Below are positions 27,135-41,045 of a stretch of 64,000 nucleotides of DNA, one piece after another. The notes under the pieces are model-generated. The model did no database searches. It was not told the DNA's origin and worked only from the letters and a program-made list of their open reading frames with translations. Where the stretch lies: the NCBI RefSeq assembly GCF_009914755.1, contig NC_060925.1; one strand, 5' to 3'. The DNA comes from the human T2T-CHM13v2.0 reference genome, Homo sapiens. The first letter of the stretch is position 1. Every line of letters starts with the position of its first letter. A program made the position numbers and the translations under genes.

Positions 27135-27530
27135 TGCATCCATTTCCCGGGGCTCCCGTGATGAAGTGCCACAAACTGGATGGCTTTAAACAACAGAAGT
27201 TTACTCTCTCACAGTTCTGAAGGTTAGAAGTCTGCCATGAAGATGTGAGCACAGCCAGCCTCTCTCCAAAGGCTCCAGAGGAGAATCCTTCCTTGCTTCT
27301 TCCCAGAGCTCCTTGGCATACAGCTGCATTACTCCAAGATTTGCCTCTCTTGTCACACAGCATTCTGCCTGTGTCTCTTGTTTGTGTTCAAGTATCCCTC
27401 CACCCTAATTTAGTATGACCTCATTTTAGCTTGATTATGCCTGCAAATACCCTATTTCCAAATGAGGTCACATTCACAGGTACCAGAAGTTATGAATTGA
27501 ACACATCTTTTTTGGGATGTGTTCTACCCA
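27135..27530 (-). mobile_element. MLT1-family MaLR LTR
   Basis: CCACAAACTGGATGGCTTTAAACAACAGAAGTTTACTCTCTCACAGTTCTG and CCTATTTCCAAATGAGGTCACATTC motifs. Confidence 0.85.
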
Positions 27531-28009
27531 TTATAATTCATTCTACCCACTATAATCACAAGTGGCTTTGACATTCAGTGACACAAAGATGATAAGGACT
27601 CGGTTCCTGACCTCAGGACATTCTCAGTCTATCAGTGAAGACAAACACATGCTGGTGAACACACACACATACACAAGCACACATATACCCCGAGCCTCAT
27701 TCAAGTCAGACTGTGATTAAAAATGGAAATTGTGTCATCAGGAGGGATTGGGGAAGTCTTCACACAAGAAAGAACATCTAAGTTGGGCCTTGAAGGGTAA
27801 GTGGAATTCAACTGTCAGAAAGGGTGTAAGGGCATCCAGCTATAGGACACAGCATAAACAAAGACATTGGGACATAAACATGAAAGGTGTGTGTGGAACA
27901 GAGAGAAGACTAGTCTGCGTGAAGCATTGAGCCCCTTCCAAGGCTGAAAAGAAAGGTTGGAGACAGGTAGTAAGGACTTTGTGTGTTGTGCTAAAGAGTC
28001 AGTCAGCCT

Positions 28010-28317
28010 TGGCCGGTTATGGAGACTCACACCTGTAATCCCAGCATTTTAGGAGGCTGAGGCGGGCAGATCACTTGAGGTCAGGAGTTCAAGACCAGCC
28101 TGGGCAACATGGCAAAACCCCATCTCTACTAAAAATACAAAAAATGAGCTGGGCGTGGTGGCACACATCTGTAATCCCAGCTATTTGGGAGGCTGAGGCA
28201 AAAGAATCACTTGAACCTAGGAGGCAGAGATTGCAGTGTGCCAAGATCACACCACTGAACTGCACTGCACTCCAGCCTTGGCAACAGAGCAAGACTCTGT
28301 CTCAAAAAAAAAAAAAA
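28010..28317 (+). mobile_element. Alu inserted in an L2 remnant
   Basis: Alu motifs and A tail, flanked by L2-like sequence. Confidence 0.9.
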
Positions 28318-29249
28318 GCCTTTATCCTGTAGAATTAAGTTGAATATAGAAAATGAGAAGGGTTTGGAGGCAGTGTGGCAAGAGATCACACTGGAAGGGA
28401 GACAGCTTAGGGGGCTATTTTTTATAGTCAACAAAAGAAATGAAGGCCCTGAGCAAGGGCACCAGGAGGATGGGGAGGAGAAGGTGTTGGCAGGAGTTTT
28501 GGAAGGCTGGATGGCCAGGACTGAGTTGATTGACTACGGCTTGTGAGGGAGGAGAAATCTAGGTGACTCCCATCTCCCTGCTGGAGGGACTGGGTGAATG
28601 AGATGCCATTGATGAGACAGGGATGTGAGAGCAGGAGATCTAGGGAGGGGTGACTTTAGACCACCGAGGGTTTCTCAGCCTCAGCATTATGGCCATTTCA
28701 GCCTGATAATTCCTTGTCGGGGGCTGTCTGTGCATTGTGAGATGGTCACCAGCATCCTTGGCCTCTACTCATTTGAATTTAACATCCCTGAAGACAGCCG
28801 GATGGAGCTGCCCAATAGATGGTTGGGTGTTGGAGCGGGGGAGCTCAGGAGACAGCTTTGCATTGTGTTTTCCATAGCATGCAAGGGCCCTTGCTGAGTA
28901 GGAAGGAGGAGGGAATGACTCCTTGTGAGCAGCGAGGTTGGAGTTCAAGTTATCTGTGCCCATGCCCTGGCTCCCCAAGCATCTTGTGGGTGCCTTGAGA
29001 AGAAAAAGAATGTCTTATTTGCCTCAGTATCCCCTCAATACTATGCCTGGCAGAGTTGGTGCTTAATAAAGGTTTAGAGAATTGCACTAACTTGATTTGG
29101 AAAGAACAGGAAAACCCAAATAGCCTGAGAGCCCCTGCCAAGAGTAACATTTGGAAGCTGAGTCAGGAAGAAGCTGAGATCAGGTGAGGTTAAGTATCCA
29201 GGATCTCTGGTCTCCAGGATCTGCCAAAACCAGGATGTGGAGCATCAGC

Positions 29250-29820
29250 AACTGTCATAGTTGTTGATGGGAGTGTAAGTGGTACAACTAGCAAAGGTGG
29301 GGATGTCATTCTTGTCGACCCAACAGTTGCACTCCTGGGTAGAGAAGCTCTTGAACATGAGCATCAGAAGTGAGACTCATGAATACTCAAATCAGCACAA
29401 TTGGTAGTGGCAGAGATCTAAATGTCTATCAGCAGGAAAGGGAATGAATGGTGTTTTCATCATTTCATCATTTCATGGCAGTGAAAATGAATGAACTACA
29501 ATTATCAATAGGGATGAATTTACAACCTTAACATTGAAGGGGAAAAAGCAAAATGCATGCACTTAAGTAAGGTTTACAAAAAGATCCAAAACTGAATGAT
29601 GTATTAGGAATTCATAAATACGTAGTAACATTATGAAGAGAACCAAGAGAATAACAAACACAAAATTGAGGATTGTATTTACCTTTGTGGAGAGGAAGGG
29701 GTTGTGATTGGGGAGGGACGCATAAGGGCTTCAAAAGTATGTGCCATATCCTAGTTCTTAAAATGAGTGGTTGGCAGATGGGTGTTCACTTTACGATTCT
29801 TTATACGTACATTAAAAACG
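29250..29820 (+). mobile_element. Old L1 (L1ME-like) 3' fragment
   Basis: TGTTGATGGGAGTGTAAGTGGTACAAC, GACCCAACAGTTGCACTCCTGGGT and GCAGTGAAAATGAATGAACTACA motifs. Confidence 0.7.
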
Positions 29821-32139
29821 TATGCGTGTCCTGGTTACTTCCTCCAGGGACATTCCACCAGGCAGGGCTTAGCACAACTGGGAATTCCCTGGTCAAAGTC
29901 AGGGAATTTCAAGATTTTTCAGCCAGTGGTTGGGCAAGGGGTCATCTCTCTCGTCCCCTCCCTCGAGGTTCTGAGGAGCCTCAGAACAGACGTTCAACCT
30001 CTGGAATCCCCCAGAAAAAAGACTCATAGGGCAGCTTCCCCTTTCTCGGACAGGACAGAGTGGAGATCCAGGGGGATCCCCAGCCCCAACCAGCTGGCTC
30101 GAGGTCACATCCTGATATTTCAGTTCTGTTCCCATTCATGTGTCTCAGCTGAGCAACTGCCATGCTTGTGGCACTCTTAGGGGAAGGGAAGAAATGAATG
30201 AGGTGATAAGACCCACGCCCTAAAGAATCCAGGGCAGTAAGCTCCCTGGCTTTCGGTTTTTACAAACTAATAATATTGTGTAATATAAATACTGACATTG
30301 TGCTGCCACCATTTTATTTTGTGAAGTAAGAGCATTAGAAAACAATTGCCACCTACTGTCCTCCTATTCCATAAGTAAGGGCTAATTTAATACTCCAGTA
30401 ATAAAACAAAGGCATGCATGCTTTTAGATCAGAGGAAGGTCGTTTCCACTGAATACATTTAGCTTTATGAAAATCTCACTACATTTGTGGCCCTGGTTTC
30501 CTCCTTGTGGGGTGGAACAGTTGAAATTTAGGTCACAAAGAGCCAGTCAGGAGAAGAGCATCTGGGAGGCACTAGTACAGGGGACACACAGGTGTCTGTG
30601 ACACTCAGGGCGGGCAGACAGGTCATCACCCTGCATTCTGCATGCCCACGCATACACACCATGCTCACCCCTTCTGATGAACAGGCACAAGCGTTCACAC
30701 ACACGCTCCTCCCCCAGGGGCTCCCAGGTTGGAACACCTCCCCTGACTGCCAGGCAAAGCCATACCTCTCTCCTGAACCCAGGGCAAAGGGCCAGGCTCA
30801 CCCAGCCTGTGCCAACCAGTGAGAGAGGCCAATGGTTGGCACTGGAGCCAGTTGGGGTGCTGAGTTGAGGCCAGAGATGGGCAGCCTGTTCAGATCCCTG
30901 GGCGTTTGCCTCTGGCCAGGAGACCAAAGCCCTGTCCACATCCAATTTCCTCAGACTGGGAGTCTGGGGACCTACTTCCTAGCTCCAGTTAGGTTTGTGA
31001 CCTTGAGCAAGTCACCCTCCCTCTCTGGTCCTTCGGACATTGACCGCAGTGCTCTGGGCCAGTGCTATGGGGTTTTCGAGGCTCACCCTGCTCAGCCTTC
31101 GTCTCAGGGGACCCACAAGCCAGCCTAGAAGTGTGTCTTGGAAGGAAGAGAAAACCCTTGCCCGTCACCTTTAATGAAAGACCCACAGGCAGACAAGCTT
31201 TGGGGATGTCTGAGGAAAGAGACCTGATGGGGGTCAGGAGCAGAAGCTGCCATTAGCACTGGTCCCAGCGAACTGTCCTGGGCTTCCGCAGCTTGGTCAC
31301 CCACCTGGAACGAAGCTAACCCCCCTGCCCCCGGCTGCCCAGCCCAGAGCCTTGTGGGGAGTATGACTCACTTCGCGGGGGGCCATTGTGGCTAATGTTT
31401 AACTCTGCCCCTCCTTCAGCAAGGCACTTTAGCCCCAGCAGCCCTTAGCGCTGGGCCCTGCCCTGATCATGCCTGCTGCTGAGTGGGCTCAGACACACAG
31501 CTGAGCTTGGCCTCCTTGCGCCGTGGGGACCGGGCACCCTGTGGGGAAAGGTGGGAGCAACAGCTGGTCTCCCAAGGGCTCTGGGACAGGCAAGAGTGTA
31601 GCAGGTGGCATCCTGCCCTGGTCATTCCTACCAAGCAGAGAGGAGCACCAGGCCCATCTCCACCAGCTGCAGAGAGAGGGGGTGCCCACCCAGCTATTGT
31701 GTGCTGATTAGTAATAGATATCCCCCAAGTAGCACCCTATCCCTCCACTCTCAGCCAGGGCCCCATGTTGGAGGAAGGCCTCACCTTAGCCCATCTGTAT
31801 GTCACCTGCATCTCCTTTGAATGTTTCCCCTTTGGTGCGGGTGTGTGGGGACTCCCCAGGTGCATATGCAGGACCCTCGACCCCCAGCTGTGTCCTTCCA
31901 AGAAAGTTGGGCTCTGTTAAGGCCAGTCTGATCTCAGAAAAGGGCAACCCCAAGGCAGAGTGACCTGAGATCTAGTCTCCAGTCTGCAGCTAGCAAACCC
32001 TGTAACTTAGAGTGAGCTACTTGAACTCTCCAGGCCTCCATTTAGCTAACAAATGTACCATTTTTGTGAGAATGCAATGATATAACTCAGATAAAGCATT
32101 TAACATCACATATTACTATTATTGAAATGCTGTTATTAA

Positions 32140-32370
32140 AATAGTCGATAAGAGTATGGATTCTAACAGACTTCTTGGGTTGAATCCTGGGACCACCACT
32201 TATTAGCTGTGTGATCATGAAAAGTCCCTAACCTCTCTGTGCCTCAGTTTTCCCCACTGTACCATGAGAATAGTAGCTGTACCTTTCTCCTAGGGTTGTT
32301 GTGAAAGTTAAATGAATTAAGGTGTACATGCTGGTGCCTGACGCATAAGTGTGCTACATGTGTGAGCTGT
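32140..32370. mobile_element. MIR (representative; other MIR remnants near 140-520, 2060-2170, 13710-13830, 14570-14770, 40050-40200, 52700-53080)
   Basis: Core motif CTAACCTCTCTGTGCCTCAGTTTTCCCCACTGTA...AGGGTTGTTGTGAAAGTTAAATGA. Confidence 0.8.
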
Positions 32371-33546
32371 TACTCAGTGGCAGGCCCCAGCTCCCAGCTC
32401 TACTGGCGTTGTCTCCATGGTGAGAGAAGACTGGAGTAGAATCAGGGCTCTCCAGAGGCCAGGCCCCCGGCCCAGGCCCCATTCTTGGCTACAACAGCCC
32501 CTTCCATAGATCCCTCTCCCACCCCCAAGCTCTCCTTCCCCTTGTCCACAGGGCCTCTCAATCCTTGCGCTCCAGATATGTCTATGCCTATATTCGCCCT
32601 TGCTCCATCCTCACAGGAGATGAATTAGGTCTGTTGCTGCCTGGAAGCAGAAGGAGGAACCCGATGACCTCCAGGAACCCTCTGGTTGGCTCTTCTGCCC
32701 CTCCTAGAGGGCCACTGGCTTAGGTGTGTTGAGTGGGCCCCACCTCCTCCTCCCATGGGTCTTCTGCACCCACGTGTTTGCTTTGAGTCAGGCCCAGAGC
32801 AGGTCTCCTGCCTTTACATGACTGGGTGGATACCCCAATCTGCCAGGGCCCCAGGTTAATAGTTGACTGCAAAACTGGGATTTGACTCTGGAACTTGGGG
32901 CCAGGCTCTAGGGAAGGGCTGGAAAGAGGTGAAACAAGGAGATCGCTTTGGATCCAGGCCAACCGGAGGAGCCCTGTGAGGCGGGGAAGAGTGGGTTTCT
33001 GTGGCTGCCTGGGCATGAAGGCATGAAGCCTAACCCCATCCTCTGTGGCCTGGACCAGCCCTGTCAGGTTCTCCAACTTCGTGCATTGAGACTGGGTGTG
33101 TCCGTGCCTACGGGTTTCTGTGTGTGATTGGGGTTGTGCTTTTTGCACACATCTGCCTCTCTGCCCACTGACCTATTTATAGCAAGAACCCTGGGCAGAG
33201 TGCTGCTTCCCCTAAGGTAGCCCAAGTTGCTGGTTCCCACTGCCATGCTTTCTGAAAGGGGCTGGCAGCCCAGCAGCCCAGAGAGCCAGACCATGCCCTG
33301 GGGAGCAGCTGGCACTGCACTTTGTACCAATTTCTGGCACTTATGGAAGATAATACATGGGATTCGAAGGTAGAATGGGGACTCAGTAGGGTGGGTAGAA
33401 GGGTTGCTGCTCTGATAACTCAGCCCCTCCTAGGGCCAGTGCTAGGGTGGTCGAAAAGCCAAGGGACCCCAGGTCTGGGAACAGCCACTTCCCTTGCAGG
33501 CTTAGCTCAGAAGTCACCATCCCACTGCCCTGAAAAGTCAGAACTT

Positions 33547-33888
<342 letters not shown>

Positions 33889-34859
33889 CTAGTGAGTATG
33901 TTGGGGGAAGAGAGGCTGCCCCAGACCCCCCTTCCACCCCAGAAGGCCCTATGCTCTCACCAGGCTTTGGACCCAGGAGGTAGTGGGATGGAGAAAGGAC
34001 CTGATCCAGAGGACAGATAAGTGGCCACCCCATCTCCGGGAAAGAATCAGTCCTGGGGGATAGGACCAGTGCAGGAGTGTGAAGGGGAAACAGTTGGGAG
34101 GAGGGTGGGTGAACGTGGGGAGAGCAGAGGCCGGAGGGACAGGAGAGCCCAGGAGAGAAGGAAGGCGTCACCTGGTGGCCAGGCCTGGAACTGCAAGTAT
34201 CTCTTCTGTGAGGCCTCCTGCCCTGTGCAGCAGGACTAGGTGAGGGATTGAAAGTGCCCTGACCTCTCAACCCAGCACACATCAGGGAGAGTTAATCCAG
34301 GTTTGCAGAGGAAGGAGAGTATGAAAGCCGGCAGGAGAAGCGGCTCTTAATGGAGAGGCCTCTTCTGATGGCCAGAGTCAGGGGCAGGACGGGGTCATTT
34401 CTCGGAGGTCAGGGCTCTGGTGAGCTGAGCATCCTGGGTGGTGAGTGTGTGCAGTGTGACGTCACAGGGACTGGGCAGAAGGGGCCCCAGGGGACCCTGG
34501 CAAGCAGCCACCAATTCCTTAGCCCTCCCTTCAGATCCCGAGCTCCGGACTGCAGACAGGGTGACTGGAGCCCAGCACAGCCCTCTCTTCCCAAGCCCCA
34601 AGTCTTCCCTTTCTTCTCAGGGCTCACAGTCAGAGCTGCAGAAATGACCAGGAAACTGGGTTTTTAATGAAGAAGGTGTGATGCCTGTGGACACTGTACA
34701 CACATAGAAGGAGTGTGGCACAGGGCTGGAGGAAAGGTGTTCTCACCCCCTCCTCCTCCTCCACTTGTTACACCACGGGGTGGCTGAGAAGCCCCAGGTG
34801 CCTCATGGGTGGATAGAAGCCCACCCTGCCAGGGTGAGGTCTTCAGACACTCGCGTTTT

Positions 34860-35033
34860 TCCTGCCTCTTGGGTATCTGTTTAATCCCAGTTCCAGAGGA
34901 GGGCATGCAGGCTGGAGGGAAGAAGTGGGGGAGAGGTGGGAAGGGATGCTCCAGACACAGGCAGAGAGGTGAGTGAGCTGGGTTGGAGAAGAAGCATGAA
35001 GCAGGAGCTCAGAGCGCAGCACAGCAAGCTGGC
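34860..35033 (-). other. TNNI1: TNNI1 exon 9 (3' UTR only, proximal poly(A) form; longer forms likely)
   Basis: CTACAG|GCCAGC acceptor at 35033. ATTAAA at 34880-34885 and a second at 34663-34668. Confidence 0.82.
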
Positions 35034-35702
35034 CTGTAGGGACAAAGAGGCAAAGCCATCAGTTCCCGGGGACCTGTGTGCAGCGCATGAATCCCTGACT
35101 TACCTACAGCACATGCAGTCCCCAGGGCTTCTCAGCCCTAGCGCACCCCGGACTGGATCTTCATTCATAAGGGCTCCTACAAAACCTCAGCTTCTCGGCC
35201 CTCGGGCACAGTTGCTCCCCTTTTGGGACCCCTCACACCGCTCCTCCACACTGCAGCCCTCAGCTCTTACCTAGCCTTGCCATGCTACTCTGTGGCTGCT
35301 TAATTCCCACCTCCATGCTTCTGTTGCACCATCAGCCCTTCAACATGCCCTTCCCTTTATCAGCTAACACTCGCTCGTCGCATCCTCAGAGAGCTCCTCC
35401 TCTCCAGAAAGCCTGCTCTGACCAGTGCTGTCTGGTGGATGCCTGCCCTATTGCACATTCTCTCAGCACTTCCGTAGAGGGTTTTACGTGGCCTGATTTC
35501 CTTGCTTTGCCCAGTTTCTCCAGCTATTTCCTCAGATGGTGGGAAGTCTTAGCTTCTGTGAGTGGTAGCTCCTTGGGAACAGGTACTGTGAGTGCTGGGT
35601 ACTTCGCAGGGAGCACAAATAAAGGACATCACCAGGAGGTATTTAAAAGTGCATAGATTCTCAGAAAGTCAGAGATGAAGGGATCCCAGGGACCCTCTAA
35701 CC

Positions 35703-35858
35703 TAGTGGTTCTCAAACTCTCATGTGCATCAGAATCACCTAGAAGGCTGGCCTCACCCCAGAGTTTCCAATTTAGTGGATCTGGGGTGGGGGCTGATCAT
35801 TTGCATCCCAGGTGATGTAGACGCTGCTGGTCCCAGGACCACACTTGGAGAACCACTG
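35703..35858. mobile_element. MER5A-like hAT MITE
   Basis: TIRs TAGTGGTTCTCAAA ... TTGGAGAACCACTG with internal GCATCAGAATCACCT. Confidence 0.85.
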
Positions 35859-36110
35859 ATTTGATACAGCCCCCAATTTCATAGATAATGGGAACAAAAA
35901 GGGCCGCCAAACAGAAATGACATGCCCAAGTATCATGGTGCTGGAGCCAGGACTGAGCCCAGGAGAGCCGACTCAAATCAGTCTCATCGGTGCCTTAGTC
36001 CGTGCATCCGTGCACCACACTAAGTACAACCCGCCTGCCCATTGTGGACTCCCTCATTATCCTCTAGACTCTGATGGACCCCAGAGAAGGGAGCTGGTCT
36101 CTAGGTACCT

Positions 36111-36218
36111 CTATTGTGAGGTCGGAGACTTGGCGGCATCAAACATCTTCTTCCGGCCTTCCATGCCAGACATGGCCTCCACGTTCTTCCTCCAGTCACC
36201 CACCTCCACAGGCCGCTC
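36111..36218 (-). CDS. TNNI1: TNNI1 exon 8 coding part ([35 protein letters not shown], stop)
   Basis: Troponin I C-terminal DWRKN motif. CTACAG| acceptor, TAG at 36113-36111, donor 2 nt after the stop. Confidence 0.97.
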   Translation of the reverse strand, partial: ERPVEVGDWRKNVEAMSGMEGRKKMFDAAKSPTSQ

Positions 36219-37139
36219 CTGTAGACAAGTGGCACACACATCAGGGACTTACCAGGCTGGACGGCCCCCCAGCTCAAGAGAAGCTGGGTGATAGGAAACC
36301 AGTCTCCTCGGATGATAAGAAATCCTGATGCCCCTCCCCAGCTGGTAAGGTCCTAGGACTCAGCCAGGCAGGTGGACACAGGCCAAGCCGAGGCCCCACA
36401 GGAAAAAGGAAGCTGTGTGGCTTGGGAGCACTGGGTGAAAGTGGCAGCTATGGGGCTAGTTCCCACCTCAGTGCACCTCAGCAAAACCTCCTCCAAGGCT
36501 CCATGCCACCCTCCTGGTCTGGCACTCAGCAGGCTCAAGGCCACCTCTTCCAAGAAGTCTTCCCCTGCAAATGCGGCTGCTTTTCCATTTCCTCAGTATA
36601 TTGTCTGGCTTATCTCTTCTCCTCTGAAGCTTCTTGGGCCAGAGACTGTTCCTTCATCCCTGTTCCTTACAGAGCCTATCAATTTGGGGCACATATACTG
36701 TGAATTCAACCAACTTTGAATAATTTGTTGCTGGGTGGTTGAACTCAGTTCTCTAATGTCTATGCTCGTGTGTGGCTATAACCAAGATGAGCTGCTGTCT
36801 CCTTTCCCTGTGGTGACCAGGCAGTCATCTCCACCATTACCCTAAATCTCCACATTATCTTCACACTGGGAACAAGATTTTTACTTCATTTCTCCGTCTG
36901 GGGTCTAGCTTTCTTTATGTCCTAGTTTCTTCGTCAGACTGGGAACAGCCTGAAGGAAGGGAGCAAATCTTCTTTCTTTCTTCCCACACTGGTCTCCCAA
37001 AGCATTCTAGAATGTTCTGTCTGTCAAGCTGACTGGTCTCCAACAGGAGCTCCTGGGCCAGCCTGAGGCCATGTGAGGGGTTGACAAGGGGAAAGCTGGT
37101 AGGGCAGAGGGTGGAATGTTCTGAGGAAAGGGACCTCAC

Positions 37140-37316
37140 CTTCTCTGTGTCTTCCTTCTTCACAGACTTGAGGTTGGCCCGCAGATCCATGGACACCTTG
37201 TGCTTGGAGCCCAGCAGGGCCCGGAGCATGGCGTCAGCCGAGACACGGACTCGACGCAGGGGCGGGCGCTTGAACTTCCCACGGAGGTCCATCACCTTCA
37301 GCTTCAGGTCCTTAAT
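37140..37316 (-). CDS. TNNI1: TNNI1 exon 7 (inhibitory/switch region [12 protein letters not shown])
   Basis: Canonical TnI inhibitory peptide, 177 nt, AG/GT boundaries. Confidence 0.98.
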
Positions 37317-37448
37317 CTGTAGGTGAGAAGCGCCCGGGGCTCACTGGAGAGGCAGCTAGCCACAGGACACCCTTCCTGAGGACCTCAGACTGCTAGGGTT
37401 CCAGCCAGAGATACACCTTAAATTGTCCACCCTTGAAGCCAGACCTAT

Positions 37449-37787
37449 CAGCAGTCACCAACCTTTTTGTCACCAGGGACCGGTTTTGTGGAAGACACTT
37501 TTTCCACGGAGAGGTGGTGGGGTGGTTTCAGGATGAAACTGTTCCACCTCAGACCATCAGGCATGAGTTTGATTCTCATAAGGAGCGTGCAACCTAGATC
37601 CCTCACATGCACAGTTCACAATAGGGTTCACACTCCTGTGAGAATCTAATGCCGCCGCTGATCTGACAGGAGGCAGAGCTCAGGCGGGAATGCTCATTTG
37701 CCCACTGCTCACCTGCTGCAGTGTGGCCCAGTTCCTAACAGGCCACGGACAGGTACTGGTCCACAGCCCAAGAGTTGGAGATCCCTG
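37449..37787 (+). mobile_element. MER1B-like hAT element
   Basis: CAGCAGTCACCAACCTTTTTGTCACCAGGGACCGGTTTTGTGGAAGAC ... GTTGGAGATCCCTG. Confidence 0.88.
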
Positions 37788-38814
37788 CTCTAGGACAGTC
37801 AGACCCACCCATCCCTTTGCAAATAACCACTGCACATTTGCTGATAAACGGATGGTTAAGTGGACAGATAAAGCCTATTAGCCGTTGCTAACACTATAGC
37901 CTTGAATAAAAGGGGCGGCTCCACCAGACTGAGACTTGTCTGATTTGGAAGCCCTATTTGGAGTGCAGGGCTGCTTCCTCTTGTTCCTGCAGCCTCATCC
38001 CTGCTTCTAACTTATTCCTCCCCAGTGAGCCTTCAAAGCAGCTCACAGCCTTGGTCCAGCAGGGTGATAAACTTACAGGTCCTAGACCCCTGGAGGAATT
38101 CCCAGGGTGTGATCTCTAGGGGGAGTTCTTAGGAGCTTGGTGACCCCACATATAATTCCTGGTGGGCAGAAGTGGGAAGGAGAGAAGTGGCTTGTGCTCC
38201 CTCCCTGCCCCCTCCTCACTGCCTGGACAAATGCCCCAAAGGAGCCCTGTCCTTCTCCGCTCTGCCCCTCCCCACTGGAGCAGGGTCTGGGTGGAGCTAA
38301 TCCTCCCACACCCCATGCTAAGGGAGCACAGAGCACCGGAGTGGAAGCCAGAGACCAGCACTGGTCCCAGGACCACCACTGTGCAACCTAGGACAAGTCT
38401 TTGGCCTCTCTGATCCTGAGTGTTCTCCTCTGCAAGGTGCAGATAATAGCCCCTACTTCATCCACAGGCCTATAAGGAGGATCAAAGGCTATAACGAACA
38501 TGAAAGCACTTCACAAAGGTAAGACGTTATTAACAGGCATATGATTATTTGTGTGGGTGGATAAAGAGAGCAGCTTCTGTTAGGCTGATGAGCCCACATG
38601 GCAGGTAGGGAGGAAGTTTGTACTTTTCATGTGTGATTATCCACTCTACCCATCTCCAGCCCTATGGGGCTAGGGCAGACAAACCAAAGTTTCCTGCTTA
38701 AGTGGCCCCTTCCTAGGCCCTGTGGAAGGAGGGGACCTCCCATGGCTGCTGCATCCGTGCCCATGCCCCTGCCCAACCCATTATGGCCATGCCCCTTCCC
38801 TTCCTTAGACTCAC

Positions 38815-38904
38815 CTCCCTGGTGTTGTGGAGGCATTTGGCCTCAATGTCGTATCGCTCCTCATCCACCACCTCCACCTTGGCGTGCAGCTCCCGGCACA
38901 GGTC
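38815..38904 (-). CDS. TNNI1: TNNI1 exon 6 ([30 protein letters not shown])
   Basis: VDEERYD troponin motif, 90 nt, AG/GT boundaries. Confidence 0.97.
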
Positions 38905-39098
38905 CTGGGGGCCGCAGATGGATCATGCAGGTGTGAAGAAGAGGGGAACAGAGACATCAGTTTCCAGCCCTTGACCCTCTCCCCAGCCCCTTTGCAAGAC
39001 CTGGGATCCAGAGAGGAGCTGACAGTCTCCTCCACTCTGAGGCTCATGACGGGCAATAGCTCAAAGGGTATGCCCTCTGTTCTCCTGTCTGAATGTCA

Positions 39099-39767
<669 letters not shown>

Positions 39768-40308
39768 TGATAAAAGTAATGCGTTAATTTTAGACATTTT
39801 GAAAACTATGTATTAAACAAAAATAATAAAAATTAAAATACCTAGTGATGCCACCACCCAGGGATACTTAGTAACATTTTGATATACTTCCTTCCAGTCT
39901 CTTTTCTCTATAATCACTGGCATTTAACCAATTTACCAGTGTTCTGAAAACATTGAAGACCAAATTCTAGGAAAGGGTAGACAAGTCCTTGGAAAAGTGG
40001 GGCTTCTCCCAACCCCGGCCGCCTCCCCACTCCATGCCACCACACTGGCTGATTGTGAAGCTGGGCCGCCCAGCCCAGGCAAGTCACGCCTCCCCTCTGA
40101 TGCTCAGTTCAGTGCCCGTAAAATGGAATCTAATGTTCCCACCTCACAGGTGGTTGTGAAGATTAAATGAGACCATGTAAGGGAGGAGTGCCCTGTAAAT
40201 TATGGAGCCTTGAGCTGGTGTTAGTTCAGGCTCCTGCCGCCTGGTCCTTGGAGCCACCCACACAGCACCTCCAGCCCCGCCCTGCCCCGCCCCACCTGCC
40301 AGGCTCAC

Positions 40309-40440
40309 CTGCAGGGCACTGAGGGACAGGCCACGGGTCTGCAGCGTGGGGATGCGCTCTGCCAGGTAGCGCACCTTCTCAGCCTCGCGCTCCTCGTGCT
40401 CCTGCTCCCAGCATTCCTTGGCCTTGGCCAGCATCAGGCT
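40309..40440 (-). CDS. TNNI1: TNNI1 exon 5 (SLMLAKAKECWEQEHEE...LSALQ)
   Basis: 132 nt, AG/GT boundaries, in frame. Confidence 0.97.
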
Positions 40441-41003
40441 CTGGACAGGACACACCTGCTGAGCTGGGGGCCTCACATCTCCCACCCGGCATCAGGGAAT
40501 GAGGGGAGGGCAGCCACAGCCTGGGCCAACTCTGAGACCACTGTCCAGTGTAGAAGTGTATGCAGCAGCCATGGACAGGCCACCATGAGGGTACACCCAG
40601 TGGCTGCACACAATGTTCCTCAAGCCCTGGAACTTGTTTTCCCCGGACAGTCTTCCTCTTATCCACTTACTGTCTGTTTTGACCCACAAAACTCCAAAGA
40701 GAGAAACACATATGAAAATAAAGGAAGTCCCTCTGCCTGCATGAGTAGCTTCCCACTCTGAAGCTGGTCACCACCTACTCTAGGGACCACAGGCGGATGC
40801 CAGAATCCATACTCGAGGATCCCACCTACTGATCACCTGAGCCTGGCACTGGCTCCAGCAATGCTGGACTCCTGCCCCTCATCATCCTCACTCTGGCCTC
40901 CTTCCTTTCTCCTTGCCATAATCCTCCACATCCCTTCAGAGTCTGCTCTGCTGCCCCTCTGCCTCCCACTGGGCATCCCCCCACAGCCAGCCCCCAGCCT
41001 CAC

Positions 41004-41045
41004 CTTCAGCAAGAGTTTGCGGGAGGCAGTGATCTTGGGTTTTCT
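41004..41045 (-). CDS. TNNI1: TNNI1 exon 4 (RKPKITASRKLLLK)
   Basis: 42 nt, CACAG| ... |GTGAG. Confidence 0.96.
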
